Source of the DNA: Eubacteriales bacterium
Lineage (GTDB): Bacteria > Bacillota > Clostridia > Oscillospirales > CAG-272
Reading direction: 5' to 3'
Length of the DNA stretch: 64,000 nt
Assembly (NCBI GenBank): GCA_041655935.1
Contig: JBBAEK010000003.1
Location: forward strand, 45,030-109,029
Shown: positions 47,665 to 55,913 of the stretch, piece by piece
Layout: every line of letters starts with the position of its first letter
How positions within the stretch are numbered: position 1 is the first letter of the stretch
Program-made: the position numbers and the translations under genes
The notes under the pieces: model-generated
Seen by the model: only the letters and a program-made list of their open reading frames with translations
What the model was told of the DNA's origin: nothing
Databases searched by the model: none

Positions 47665-47699
47665 AAAATGCCTCGCACCAGAACGGTACGAGGCATTTT
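47665..47699. terminator. Bidirectional terminator between the operon (+) and the SLOG gene (-)
   Basis: 11-bp perfect stem AAAATGCCTCG (47665-47675) / CGAGGCATTTT (47689-47699). Confidence 0.6.
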
Positions 47700-47708
47700 G
47701 CGTTACAG

Positions 47709-48215
47709 TTAGAATTTGAGGACATGGCGCACGGCGACACCGTGCTTCTCGGCGTACACGATCGTATTGCGCGTTCCGCCAGATTCGCCATTATATGCAG
47801 CGATCACACGAGCGGAGTGATCGACCATCCACTCGTTGCGGATTTGGAAGCAGGCACGGCTGTAAGACGGGCAGATGTACCGGACGAGATCCGCAGCGGC
47901 AAGGATGTTGTTATAACGGCGCTGCCAATCCGGCGACCATGAACGCTCGAATCCTTCATACGGGCTTGCGCAGATCAGGTGGAGAGGGCGGCCAGCCGCT
48001 TTCAGCTCGAGCACAATTTCCGCTGCCCAGATGTCAACGCCTCGAGCCATGCCGGTGATGAAAGTAATAAAGCCATCATCGGCGGCAACAATGATCTCAC
48101 GACGCAGCGCGGCGATCACTTCTTTTTCGGGAACATTCAGTTTTTCGGGACGATGCCCGGTAAAGCAGCAACGATGCTGCAGGAGTTCGGCTTCTGATGC
48201 AGGCACAGCGAACAC
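47709..48215 (-). CDS. SLOG-superfamily DUF1273 (YpsA/YoqJ-like) protein
   Basis: Diagnostic CFTGHRPEKL N-terminal motif, GMARGVDIWAAE, GGTRNT near the C-terminus. GTG start at 48215 or 48206. Confidence 0.7.
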   Translation of the reverse strand: MFAVPASEAELLQHRCCFTGHRPEKLNVPEKEVIAALRREIIVAADDGFITFITGMARGVDIWAAEIVLELKAAGRPLHLICASPYEGFERSWSPDWQRRYNNILAAADLVRYICPSYSRACFQIRNEWMVDHSARVIAAYNGESGGTRNTIVYAEKHGVAVRHVLKF

Positions 48216-48324
48216 CTCCTGTCAAGATAATAATCGTGTTCTATAACGGCGCGGAATACACCCGCGCATACTCGAACGGGCAGCCCGGAAACAAGCCCGG
48301 TTGGAACAAGAAGGAGGAAGCATA

Positions 48325-49962
48325 ATGGCAACGGCAACAACGGCAAGACGAATCGTGCGTGAGATCCCGCGTATCAACCTCTTCGATACGACAGCGACGC
48401 AGACACAAAGACGGTTGCTTCAGGTAGCAGCATACGCGCGAGTATCGACCGAAAAGGAAGAACAGGAAGACAATTTCGAGCGGCAGGTTGAGCACTACAC
48501 GCAGATGATCGCCAGCAACAAAGACTGGGAGAAGGTTGACATCTATGCAGACCCCGGCATCAGCGGCACGAGAGCAGAAAAACGACCGAACTTCATGCGC
48601 ATGATAAACGACTGCCGCGCGGGCAAGATCGAAAAGGTGCTCGTCAAGAGCATCAGCCGATTCGCCAGAAATACGGTCGACGCGCTGCAGTACATACGCG
48701 AACTCAAAGACCTCGGCATCAGCGTGTACTTCGAGAGTGAGAACATCGATACACTGACGCCCGGCGGCGAGGTGCTCATCACGATCCTTGCAGCGATGGC
48801 CGAGCAGGAATCGCGGACGATCAGTACGAACATCAAGTGGGCATGGCAGCGGAAATTCCAGAACGGCGAAATCATCCTGAACACCGGACTGATGCTCGGA
48901 TATAAGAAAAACGGAAAAGACGAAAACTGTCTGACGGTCTACGTAATCGACGAGGCGGAGGCCGAGATCGTGCGGCGAATATACAGAGAGTTCATCGAAG
49001 GGATAACGGTGACGCGAATCTGCAAAAGACTCGAGGCGGACGGAATCCTTACGCCGCTCGGGAAAACGCACTGGCAGCACAACGTGGTCGAAAGCATCCT
49101 GACAAACGAAAAATACACGGGCAACGCCATCCTCGGAAAGACATATAAACCGGATGTCCTGACAAAACACCGGAAGAAGAATGACGGCGAAAAAGCACCG
49201 ATGTACTACGTAGAAAATACGCATCCGGCGATCATCGACAAAGAGATGTTCGAGATGGCGCAGGCGGAAATGAAGAACCGGCGTGAAGCAGGAACGAGGG
49301 CTGTCGGAAACAGCCGCTTCACCAGCAAGTACCCGTTCAGCGGGCTGCTGGTATGCGGTGAGTGCGGAGCAATGTTACGCAGACAGGTACGCACGATGGG
49401 TACCGGCGAACGGGTAGCAAGCTGGGGCTGCAGTTACAGAATCGTGAACGGGCGAGCGGCATGCGACAGTCACCATGTGCGTGAGGACGTCATGGAAAAG
49501 ACCTACGCAGCCGCGATCAAGCAGATGGCGGACAACGCAGCAGAGGTCATCGAGGCAGTGCGGGAAGGGACGCAGCTGGCGATGCAGCCGGACAATGCAG
49601 AGGAGCGCGAGGTGGTCGAACAGGAAATCATCGAGCTGCAGGAGACGGCGCTCACACTCCACAAGAACAAGCAAAGCGGACTCATCGCGGCAGAGGCATA
49701 CGATACGGAGATCCGCGCATGCAGCGAGCGAATGAAAGAGCTCGAAGCGCGGCAGGCCGAGATGAAAACGGCAGCAACCAGATACGCCGAAGTCAAGACA
49801 TGGATCGACGCCTTCGAGCAGGGACTGCAGGACGGCAGCATAGCGGAAACGGACGACGCCGGATTGATGAAGACACTGGTAGAACGCATCACCGTGAACA
49901 GCGACGGAATCGAGGTCGAGTTCAAATGCGGAGCCCGCGTGCAGCAGAAATATGTCAGATAA
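48325..49962 (+). CDS. Large serine recombinase (resolvase catalytic domain + recombinase domain + zinc ribbon + coiled coil)
   Basis: AAYARVSTEKE catalytic Ser, SRFARN, GY..NG...L.IDE.EAEIVRRIY, CGECGAMLRR...WGC zinc motif. ATG 48325 with GAAGGAGGA RBS. Confidence 0.9.
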   Translation: MATATTARRIVREIPRINLFDTTATQTQRRLLQVAAYARVSTEKEEQEDNFERQVEHYTQMIASNKDWEKVDIYADPGISGTRAEKRPNFMRMINDCRAGKIEKVLVKSISRFARNTVDALQYIRELKDLGISVYFESENIDTLTPGGEVLITILAAMAEQESRTISTNIKWAWQRKFQNGEIILNTGLMLGYKKNGKDENCLTVYVIDEAEAEIVRRIYREFIEGITVTRICKRLEADGILTPLGKTHWQHNVVESILTNEKYTGNAILGKTYKPDVLTKHRKKNDGEKAPMYYVENTHPAIIDKEMFEMAQAEMKNRREAGTRAVGNSRFTSKYPFSGLLVCGECGAMLRRQVRTMGTGERVASWGCSYRIVNGRAACDSHHVREDVMEKTYAAAIKQMADNAAEVIEAVREGTQLAMQPDNAEEREVVEQEIIELQETALTLHKNKQSGLIAAEAYDTEIRACSERMKELEARQAEMKTAATRYAEVKTWIDAFEQGLQDGSIAETDDAGLMKTLVERITVNSDGIEVEFKCGARVQQKYVR

Positions 49963-49966
49963 GAGG

Positions 49967-50010
49967 AAGCCCTCGGCAACCGGCAGCAGTCGGAAGCCGA
50001 GGGCTTTTTT
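49967..50010 (+). terminator. Rho-independent terminator after the recombinase gene
   Basis: Stem AAGCCCTCGG (49967-49976) / CCGAGGGCTT (49997-50006), then TTTTTT. Confidence 0.65.
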
Positions 50011-50034
50011 GCGTCCCGTGCAGGCGGTTTTCAG

Positions 50035-50085
50035 ATGTATCTTTTGGGTAGTCTTACCTCCGAAATGTATCTTTTGGGTAGTCTT
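50035..50085 (+). repeat. Two perfect 21-nt direct repeats (30-nt period) at the right island border
   Basis: ATGTATCTTTTGGGTAGTCTT at 50035-50055 and 50065-50085. They share CTTTTGGGTAGTCTT with 44257-44271. Confidence 0.9.
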
Positions 50086-50090
50086 TGACA

Positions 50091-50128
50091 AGAAAAAGCA
50101 GAGGTTTGTTTAACAACAAATCTCTGCT
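50091..50128 (-). terminator. Rho-independent terminator of the DUF1638 gene (host side of the island junction)
   Basis: 14-bp stem 50097-50110 / 50115-50128 (one G-T pair). On the minus strand it is followed by TTTTTC. Confidence 0.55.
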
Positions 50129-50227
50129 TTATTATTGAAATCCACCCTTGCAACCGGGCGAAATCGCTTCACGGTGAAATCCCGCTTCGCGGTGAGAAAG
50201 CCGCCTCGACGGCGGGTGAGCGGGGGG

Positions 50228-50986
50228 TCAGGAGGGATCGGCGGGCGGGCAGGCTTGGCAGGACAGGATATCGGGGCCGTTTGAGGGCCGGATAGTCTCG
50301 CCCGGCGGTACCACCAAAAAGCGGTCCGGATCCCACTGCCCCGCCAGCATATCCGCCAGCAGTCGGGAGCTGCCGGTCAATCGCTCAAACTGCCAGTGCA
50401 GGAAATCGGCACATGCCTCGGTGTACGCCGCCGCGCTCTCAAAGGGCAGCTCTTTCCATTCAATGTATTTGCAGTGTTGGTATCTGGTGAGCCAGCTTTG
50501 TTCTTCTGCCAGAAGATAAGTGGCGTTATCTTCTCCGTATTGCTCGCAATACTCCTTGAAAAGCTGGTCGTATCTTTCCTTTGAGGGCATGGGGGCGTTT
50601 TCCAGCCAGCCCTTTGAGTACCAGTAAATGCCGCCGTGGCAGGCGTCAAAGTAGTCCCGGTAGCGCTCCTTGCTGCCCAAAAGCAGCGTGATGCAGTCGT
50701 GTGCCCTCGGGACAACCAGCGTATGCCGTGCGGAGTGCAACCCCACAATGCCGTTGCTGCATAGCCCGTAGCCCAGCAGAATGGCGTCGAAGTACATCTC
50801 CTTGCTATGGGTGTCGCACTCTGCATCAATGGCGTCAATTTCCGCCTGCAGCAACTCGCGCAAACGCGCGGGGGTGTTGTGAAACCCCTGTCTTAGGTAG
50901 GTGATGTCAATGAAGTTGTCACTTTGGGCGCACAGATGCGAGCATTCCCTTTGCAGGACCTTGCAGGCGAGTAATTTATAATTCAT
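50228..50986 (-). CDS. DUF1638 domain protein
   Basis: MNYKLLACKVLQRE...ILLGYGLC.NG.VGL...VVPRAHDCITLLLGS pattern typical of DUF1638. ATG 50986. Confidence 0.65.
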   Translation of the reverse strand: MNYKLLACKVLQRECSHLCAQSDNFIDITYLRQGFHNTPARLRELLQAEIDAIDAECDTHSKEMYFDAILLGYGLCSNGIVGLHSARHTLVVPRAHDCITLLLGSKERYRDYFDACHGGIYWYSKGWLENAPMPSKERYDQLFKEYCEQYGEDNATYLLAEEQSWLTRYQHCKYIEWKELPFESAAAYTEACADFLHWQFERLTGSSRLLADMLAGQWDPDRFLVVPPGETIRPSNGPDILSCQACPPADPS

Positions 50987-51107
50987 AGAGGACCTCAAGG
51001 ACAGGCGCACTGCGGACAGTGTAAAAAAACCTGTTCTTTTTGTTTGTTTTATGCTATACTAAGGTAACAAGCGGTGTCGGGAAAAGGACGAAAGCGAGGT
51101 GGGGTGA

Positions 51108-52367
51108 TTGAATACGCCAAACGAAGCAAAAAGGCTAACCCAGACCATTCACGAGCAGATGGAGTACTTTTCGATGGCCACAGGGATCCCCTGTTGCAGC
51201 ATCCCTCAGGACGAGACGGGGTACCGGGCGCGGCAGAACTGCCGGTTCTGCCAAACAGTCTGTGAGCTTGCCGGGCAATCGGTGGCGTGTCAGCGGACGC
51301 TGCGTTACGCCGCCTACCAAGCCGAGCGCTTTGGCGGCAAATATATTTTTTACTGTCCGATGGGACTGGTGCATTTCGCCTCTCCCGTCTATACCGACGG
51401 CGCGATTGTGGCACTGGCCATCGGCGGACCTGTGCTGCTCATTGACCGTGAGGAGTACCTCTCCGAAGATGTGATGCAAAAGTACCGGCTGGACGAAGCA
51501 CACAAAGAACGCCTGCGCGCGGAGATGAGCCACATACCGGAACTGTCCCCCGAGCGGGTGACCGCCCTGTCAGAGATGCTCTTTTCGGTGTGCGCCTTCA
51601 TCAGCGGTGCGGCGCAACTGCAGTACATCGGTGATGAGGAAACGGTGGGGCGCGATATGGAAAAGTATCTCGACTACATCAACACCATGGGCAGTGACAA
51701 CGCCGCCCCCTCCTACCCGATCGAAAAGGAACGGGAGCTCCTCGCACTCATTGCCTTAGGCGAAAAGGAAGAATCCATCCGGATCCTGGACGAGATTTTG
51801 CGCCACATTATCAACAGCTCCAACAAGGATTTTGAACGGGTGAAAGCAAGGATTTTGGAGCTGGTCGTGCTGCTGTCCCGGGCGGCGCTGGAGGGTGGGG
51901 CGGATCTGGAGCAGATTTTCGGTCTGAACTACAAATTTCTCGACCAGATCAACCACTACCAGACGGTGGAAGGACTGGCAAGCTGGCTGTCGGGCATCAT
52001 GGTCCGTTTCACCGACTGTGTCTTTACCATCAAAAATGTCAAGCACATGGATACCATCTACAAGGCGGTGGACTATATCAAGCGCCACTACCGCGAAAAA
52101 ATCACGCTGGAGGATGTCGCCAAGGCGGTCTACCTGAGCCCCGCTTACTTTTCCAAAGTGTTCAAAGAGGGCATGAGCGTCAGCTTCAGCCAATACCTCA
52201 ACCAAGTCCGGATTGAAAACAGCAAACGATACCTCATGAACAAGGAGCTGGACATGATTCAAATCGCGGAGATGCTGGGGTTTGAGGACCAGAGCTATTT
52301 TTCCAAAGTTTTCAAGAAAATCACGGGGGTCACCCCGAGCAGGTACCGTCAGCGGCACAGAGGGTAG
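51108..52367 (+). CDS. AraC-family transcriptional regulator with N-terminal PocR sensory domain
   Basis: PocR-like Cys-rich sensor (CRFCQ...C.LAGQSVAC...YIFYCPMGLVHFASPV). C-terminal double HTH (YLSPAYFSKVFK...GFEDQSYFSKVFKK). TTG start with GAGGTGGGG RBS. Confidence 0.85.
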   Translation: MNTPNEAKRLTQTIHEQMEYFSMATGIPCCSIPQDETGYRARQNCRFCQTVCELAGQSVACQRTLRYAAYQAERFGGKYIFYCPMGLVHFASPVYTDGAIVALAIGGPVLLIDREEYLSEDVMQKYRLDEAHKERLRAEMSHIPELSPERVTALSEMLFSVCAFISGAAQLQYIGDEETVGRDMEKYLDYINTMGSDNAAPSYPIEKERELLALIALGEKEESIRILDEILRHIINSSNKDFERVKARILELVVLLSRAALEGGADLEQIFGLNYKFLDQINHYQTVEGLASWLSGIMVRFTDCVFTIKNVKHMDTIYKAVDYIKRHYREKITLEDVAKAVYLSPAYFSKVFKEGMSVSFSQYLNQVRIENSKRYLMNKELDMIQIAEMLGFEDQSYFSKVFKKITGVTPSRYRQRHRG

Positions 52368-52375
52368 GTCCGTGC

Positions 52376-53008
52376 TTACAGGCTTTCCAAGAAGCCCTTG
52401 AGCCGGGACGCCAGCAGGGCGTGCCCCTTGCTGTTGGGGTGCAGGCCGTCCGGCATGTACTGCTTCCGGTTAGTGGGCACATTGGGCTGCATTCCGCTGG
52501 TGCGGTACAGGTCCAGCACGGGAATGGCGTACGCCTCCGCCACCTCCTTGATGATGTCTGCATAGGCGGAGAGGGGGAGATTGTTGCCCTTGCTCGGCTT
52601 GTGGTCATCCAGCCGATGCAGGGGGGTCATGAAGACAATGGTGGCAAGAGGGTACTTGACCATGAGGCCCTCCATGAGCAGGTGCAGCGCGCCGTAAAAG
52701 GTGCACTCAGTGCGGTCCTCAAAGCTGCCGATGGGGGCGTCTCCGTGCCCGTAGTCATTGGTGCCGCCAAAGACCACCACCACATCTGCCTGCTCGTCCA
52801 TCCCCTTGTAGCGGTCAACAAAGGGAAACCCCAGGTCGAGAGGGCTGTTTTGCCGAGCGATGCGGGAGCCGCTCACCCCGTAATTGCGCGCCTCTTTTAA
52901 GTGCAGCTCGCGCTTGAGGCAGCTGACATACGAGCGGGCGGGCAGTGCCCCGAAACCAAAGGTGATGCTGTCGCCTAAAAAGTTGATCGAAAGTCCTTCG
53001 CAGTTCAT
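52376..53008 (-). CDS. SGNH/GDSL-family hydrolase
   Basis: Block I FLGDSIT, block III GGTND, block V DGLHPN. ATG 53008 with AGGAGGGG RBS. Confidence 0.8.
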   Translation of the reverse strand: MNCEGLSINFLGDSITFGFGALPARSYVSCLKRELHLKEARNYGVSGSRIARQNSPLDLGFPFVDRYKGMDEQADVVVVFGGTNDYGHGDAPIGSFEDRTECTFYGALHLLMEGLMVKYPLATIVFMTPLHRLDDHKPSKGNNLPLSAYADIIKEVAEAYAIPVLDLYRTSGMQPNVPTNRKQYMPDGLHPNSKGHALLASRLKGFLESL

Positions 53009-53065
53009 ATTCCCCTCCTGAAAAGCAGACGCAGCCATAGGATGTGTCTGCTTTTGGTTTGCTTT

Positions 53066-55468
53066 TTATTTCACGACAATATTGAGGATTTTATTGGGCA
53101 CCCATATTTCCTTGACCACCGTCTTGCCCTGCATGGCGGCGCTGACGCGTGTGTCTGCCAGGGCCTGCGCCAGCACGCTTTCCTTGGCGGCGTCCACGGG
53201 CAGTGCCAGCACGGCGCGCACTTTGCCGTTGACCTGTACCGCCACCTCCACCGTGTCATCCACGGTTTTCGCCTCGTCATGCGTCGGCCACGGGGCCAGC
53301 GATACATACCCCCGGTTGCCGAGTGCCTCCCAGACCTCCTCGGCAATATGGGGCGCAAAGGGGGAGAGCAGGCGCGCGAACACCGACAGGTCAGCCGCAC
53401 CCACGCTGCCGTGGTCGTAAATCTCGTTGAGCAGGGTCATCATGGCGGCAATCGCCGTATTGAACTTCATCTCGGCAATGTCGGCGGTGACCTTCTTGAT
53501 GGTTTTATGCAGGCTCTTTTCCAGCCGGGCGCTCGTCCCTGCCCCGCCTGTCATCTCGGTCAGTGCGGCAAACCGCTCAAGAAATCTCTTGCAGCCCTTG
53601 ATGCTCTGGGGGTTCCACGGGGCGGACTTTTCAAAGTCGCCGATGAACATTTCATACAGACGCAAGGTGTCGGCGCCATACTCGGCGACAATGTCGTCAG
53701 GGTTGACCACGTTGCCTCTGGTCTTGGACATCTTCTCGCCGTTTCCCCCCAAAATCATGCCGTGGGAGGTGCGTTTGAGGTACGGCTCTTTCGTGGGCAA
53801 CACGCCGAGGTCAAAGAGGAACTTCGCCCAGAAGCGGGAGTAGAGCAGGTGCAGTGTGGTGTGCTCCATGCCGCCGTTGTACCAGTCCACCGGCATCCAG
53901 TACGCCAGCGCTTCCTTGGAGGCAACCTCGCGGTCGTTGTGGGGGTCGCAGTAGCGCATGAAGTACCAGGAGGAGCCTGCCCACTGGGGCATGGTGTCGG
54001 TTTCACGCTTGGCCGCGCCGCCACAGCGCGGGCAGGCGCAGTTGACCCAGTCGGTCACGAGCGACAGCGGCGACTCGCCCGTATCGGTGGGCTCGTAAGC
54101 AGACAGTTCGGGCAGGGTCAGGGGCAGCTCTGCCTCCGGCACCGGCACAAAGCCGCAAGCGGGACAGTTGACCAGCGGAATGGGCTCGCCCCAGTACCGC
54201 TGCCTGGAGAACACCCAGTCACGGAGTTTGAAGTTGACCTTCTCCTGCCCGATGCCCTCGCTTTGCAAAAAGTCAATCATCTTTTGCTTTGCCGCAGGCA
54301 CGGCCAGGCCGTTGAGAAAGCCGGAGCTGACCAGCACGCCGTTTGCCGTGTCGGTATAGGCAGCCTGCTTTACGTCTCCGCCCGCGACCACCTCCACAAT
54401 GGGAAGATCAAACTTCCGGGCAAACTCCCAGTCGCGTTCATCATGTGCCGGCACCGCCATGATGGCACCGGTGCCGTACCCTACCAGCACATAGTCGGAG
54501 ATGAAAATGGGCATCTGCTCGCCGCTGGCGGGGTTGACGGCATACACGCCGTCCAGGCGCACTCCGCTCTTGTCCTTGGCAAGCTCGGTGCGCTCAAAGT
54601 CCGACTTCTTGCTCGCCTCCGTGCGGTAGGCTCGGACGGCATCGAGGTTCTTTAATTGCCCCTCCCACTTGGCAAGCAGGGGATGTTCGGGCGCCATGAC
54701 CATATATGTAGCGCCGAACAGGGTATCGGGACGGGTCGTAAAGACGGTCAGACTGTCGCCGGTATTGGTACGGAAAGTGATCTCCGCGCCGATGGAACGG
54801 CCGATCCAGTTGGTCTGCTGGGTCTTGACCTTTTCGATGAAGTCCACCTCCGCCAAGTCGTCAATCAGGCGGTCGGCGTAGGCGGTAATTTTCAGCATCC
54901 ACTGCTCTTTTTCCTTGTGGATGACCTCACCCTTGCAGCGTTCGCAGCCGCCGTCCACCACTTCCTCATTGGCCAGCACCACTTTGCAGCTGGTGCAGAA
55001 GTTGACCGCCATTTTCTTCTTATACGCCAGCCCCGCCTCAAACAGCTTGAGGAAAATCCACTGGGTCCACTTGTAGTATGCGGGGTCGGTGGTGTTGATT
55101 TCACGGCTCCAGTCAAAGGACAGCCCCAAGGCCTGCAGTTGCTTCTTGAAGCGGGCGACATTTTTTTCCGTCACTGTTTTGGGGTGGATTTTATGCTGCA
55201 TGGCGTAGTTTTCGGTGGGCAGGCCAAAGGCGTCCCAGCCCATGGCATACAGCACATTGTACCCCTGCATCCGCTTCTGGCGCGCCACAATGTCAAGCGC
55301 TGTATAGGGGCGGGGATGCCCCACGTGCAGTCCCTGCCCCGACGGATAGGGAAACTCCACCAAGGGGTAGTACTTGGGTTTTGTATAGTCGTTGGCAGCC
55401 GCAAAGACATGGTCGCGTTCCCATCTGCCCTGCCATTTTGCTTCGATGGTTTGAAAATCGTGTTTCAT
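53066..55468 (-). CDS. leuS: Leucine--tRNA ligase
   Basis: HIGH motif (GLHVGHPRPY), KMSKS motif (EKMSKTRGN), CP1 editing domain; 800 aa. Confidence 0.95.
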   Translation of the reverse strand: MKHDFQTIEAKWQGRWERDHVFAAANDYTKPKYYPLVEFPYPSGQGLHVGHPRPYTALDIVARQKRMQGYNVLYAMGWDAFGLPTENYAMQHKIHPKTVTEKNVARFKKQLQALGLSFDWSREINTTDPAYYKWTQWIFLKLFEAGLAYKKKMAVNFCTSCKVVLANEEVVDGGCERCKGEVIHKEKEQWMLKITAYADRLIDDLAEVDFIEKVKTQQTNWIGRSIGAEITFRTNTGDSLTVFTTRPDTLFGATYMVMAPEHPLLAKWEGQLKNLDAVRAYRTEASKKSDFERTELAKDKSGVRLDGVYAVNPASGEQMPIFISDYVLVGYGTGAIMAVPAHDERDWEFARKFDLPIVEVVAGGDVKQAAYTDTANGVLVSSGFLNGLAVPAAKQKMIDFLQSEGIGQEKVNFKLRDWVFSRQRYWGEPIPLVNCPACGFVPVPEAELPLTLPELSAYEPTDTGESPLSLVTDWVNCACPRCGGAAKRETDTMPQWAGSSWYFMRYCDPHNDREVASKEALAYWMPVDWYNGGMEHTTLHLLYSRFWAKFLFDLGVLPTKEPYLKRTSHGMILGGNGEKMSKTRGNVVNPDDIVAEYGADTLRLYEMFIGDFEKSAPWNPQSIKGCKRFLERFAALTEMTGGAGTSARLEKSLHKTIKKVTADIAEMKFNTAIAAMMTLLNEIYDHGSVGAADLSVFARLLSPFAPHIAEEVWEALGNRGYVSLAPWPTHDEAKTVDDTVEVAVQVNGKVRAVLALPVDAAKESVLAQALADTRVSAAMQGKTVVKEIWVPNKILNIVVK

Positions 55469-55899
55469 GACTCTTTTTCCTCTGTTTCTCTTGCGTTGTT
55501 TGTTTGTATGTCCTGTAGCAGGTGGTGAATGCCGACCTGTAGCTCAGCGCCGAGCAGCCGTTCCAGCCGGTAGTAATCCCGGGAAGCACTGTCAAACAGA
55601 TGTACCAGCGCAGAGCCAAAGTCAAGCAGAATCCATGACGCGCCCTCTCGCCCCTCCACGCGGTCGGCGTTGACCTGGTGCAGGCTCATTTCATAGAGCA
55701 GCTCATCGGCAAGGGCCTTGACATGGGTGGATGAGCGCCCGGTCCCAATGACATAGTAGTCGGCGATGATGGTCACATCCCGCACCAGATACAGCTCTAA
55801 CTTCTCCGCCTTTTTCCGGTCCAGAATCGACACCATGCGCTCCGCTAAGGTCTGGGGGCCGGCGCCTTGCAGGTTGGCGTGTGCTTGTGTTTCTTGCAT
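55465..55899 (-). CDS. rsfS: Ribosome silencing factor RsfS
   Basis: DRKKAEKLELYLVRDVTIIADYYVIGTGRSSTHVKALADEL...WILLDFGSALVHLF. 4-nt overlap with the leuS start. Confidence 0.85.
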   Translation of the reverse strand: MQETQAHANLQGAGPQTLAERMVSILDRKKAEKLELYLVRDVTIIADYYVIGTGRSSTHVKALADELLYEMSLHQVNADRVEGREGASWILLDFGSALVHLFDSASRDYYRLERLLGAELQVGIHHLLQDIQTNNARETEEKES

Positions 55900-55913
55900 C
55901 GTTGTCTCTCCGT

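Larger units (their letters stand above)
44257..50086. mobile_element. AT-rich integrated island of about 5.8 kb with a large serine recombinase; cargo is a WYL-regulator/methyltransferase/putative nuclease operon plus a SLOG protein
   Basis: Abrupt drop in GC by eye relative to the flanks. Bracketed by copies of CTTTTGGGTAGTCTT (44257, 50041, 50071). The recombinase is at the right end. Lies about 180 bp 3' of tRNA-Arg. Host-type terminators lie just outside both ends. Exact ends are not proven. Confidence 0.6.

Noticed and set aside
48241-49224. 327-aa minus-strand ORF inside the island
   Set aside because: Antisense to the serine recombinase gene, which has an excellent RBS and all catalytic motifs. 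The translation is Arg/Cys/Phe-rich nonsense.
53042-54655. 537-aa + strand ORF
   Set aside because: Lies entirely antisense to leuS, whose HIGH/KMSKS motifs are unambiguous. The composition is R/G/H/L-rich with no motif.
55469-55530. T-box leader expected upstream of leuS
   Set aside because: The leuS start overlaps the rsfS stop by 4 nt, so there is no leader. leuS is read through from the upstream operon.
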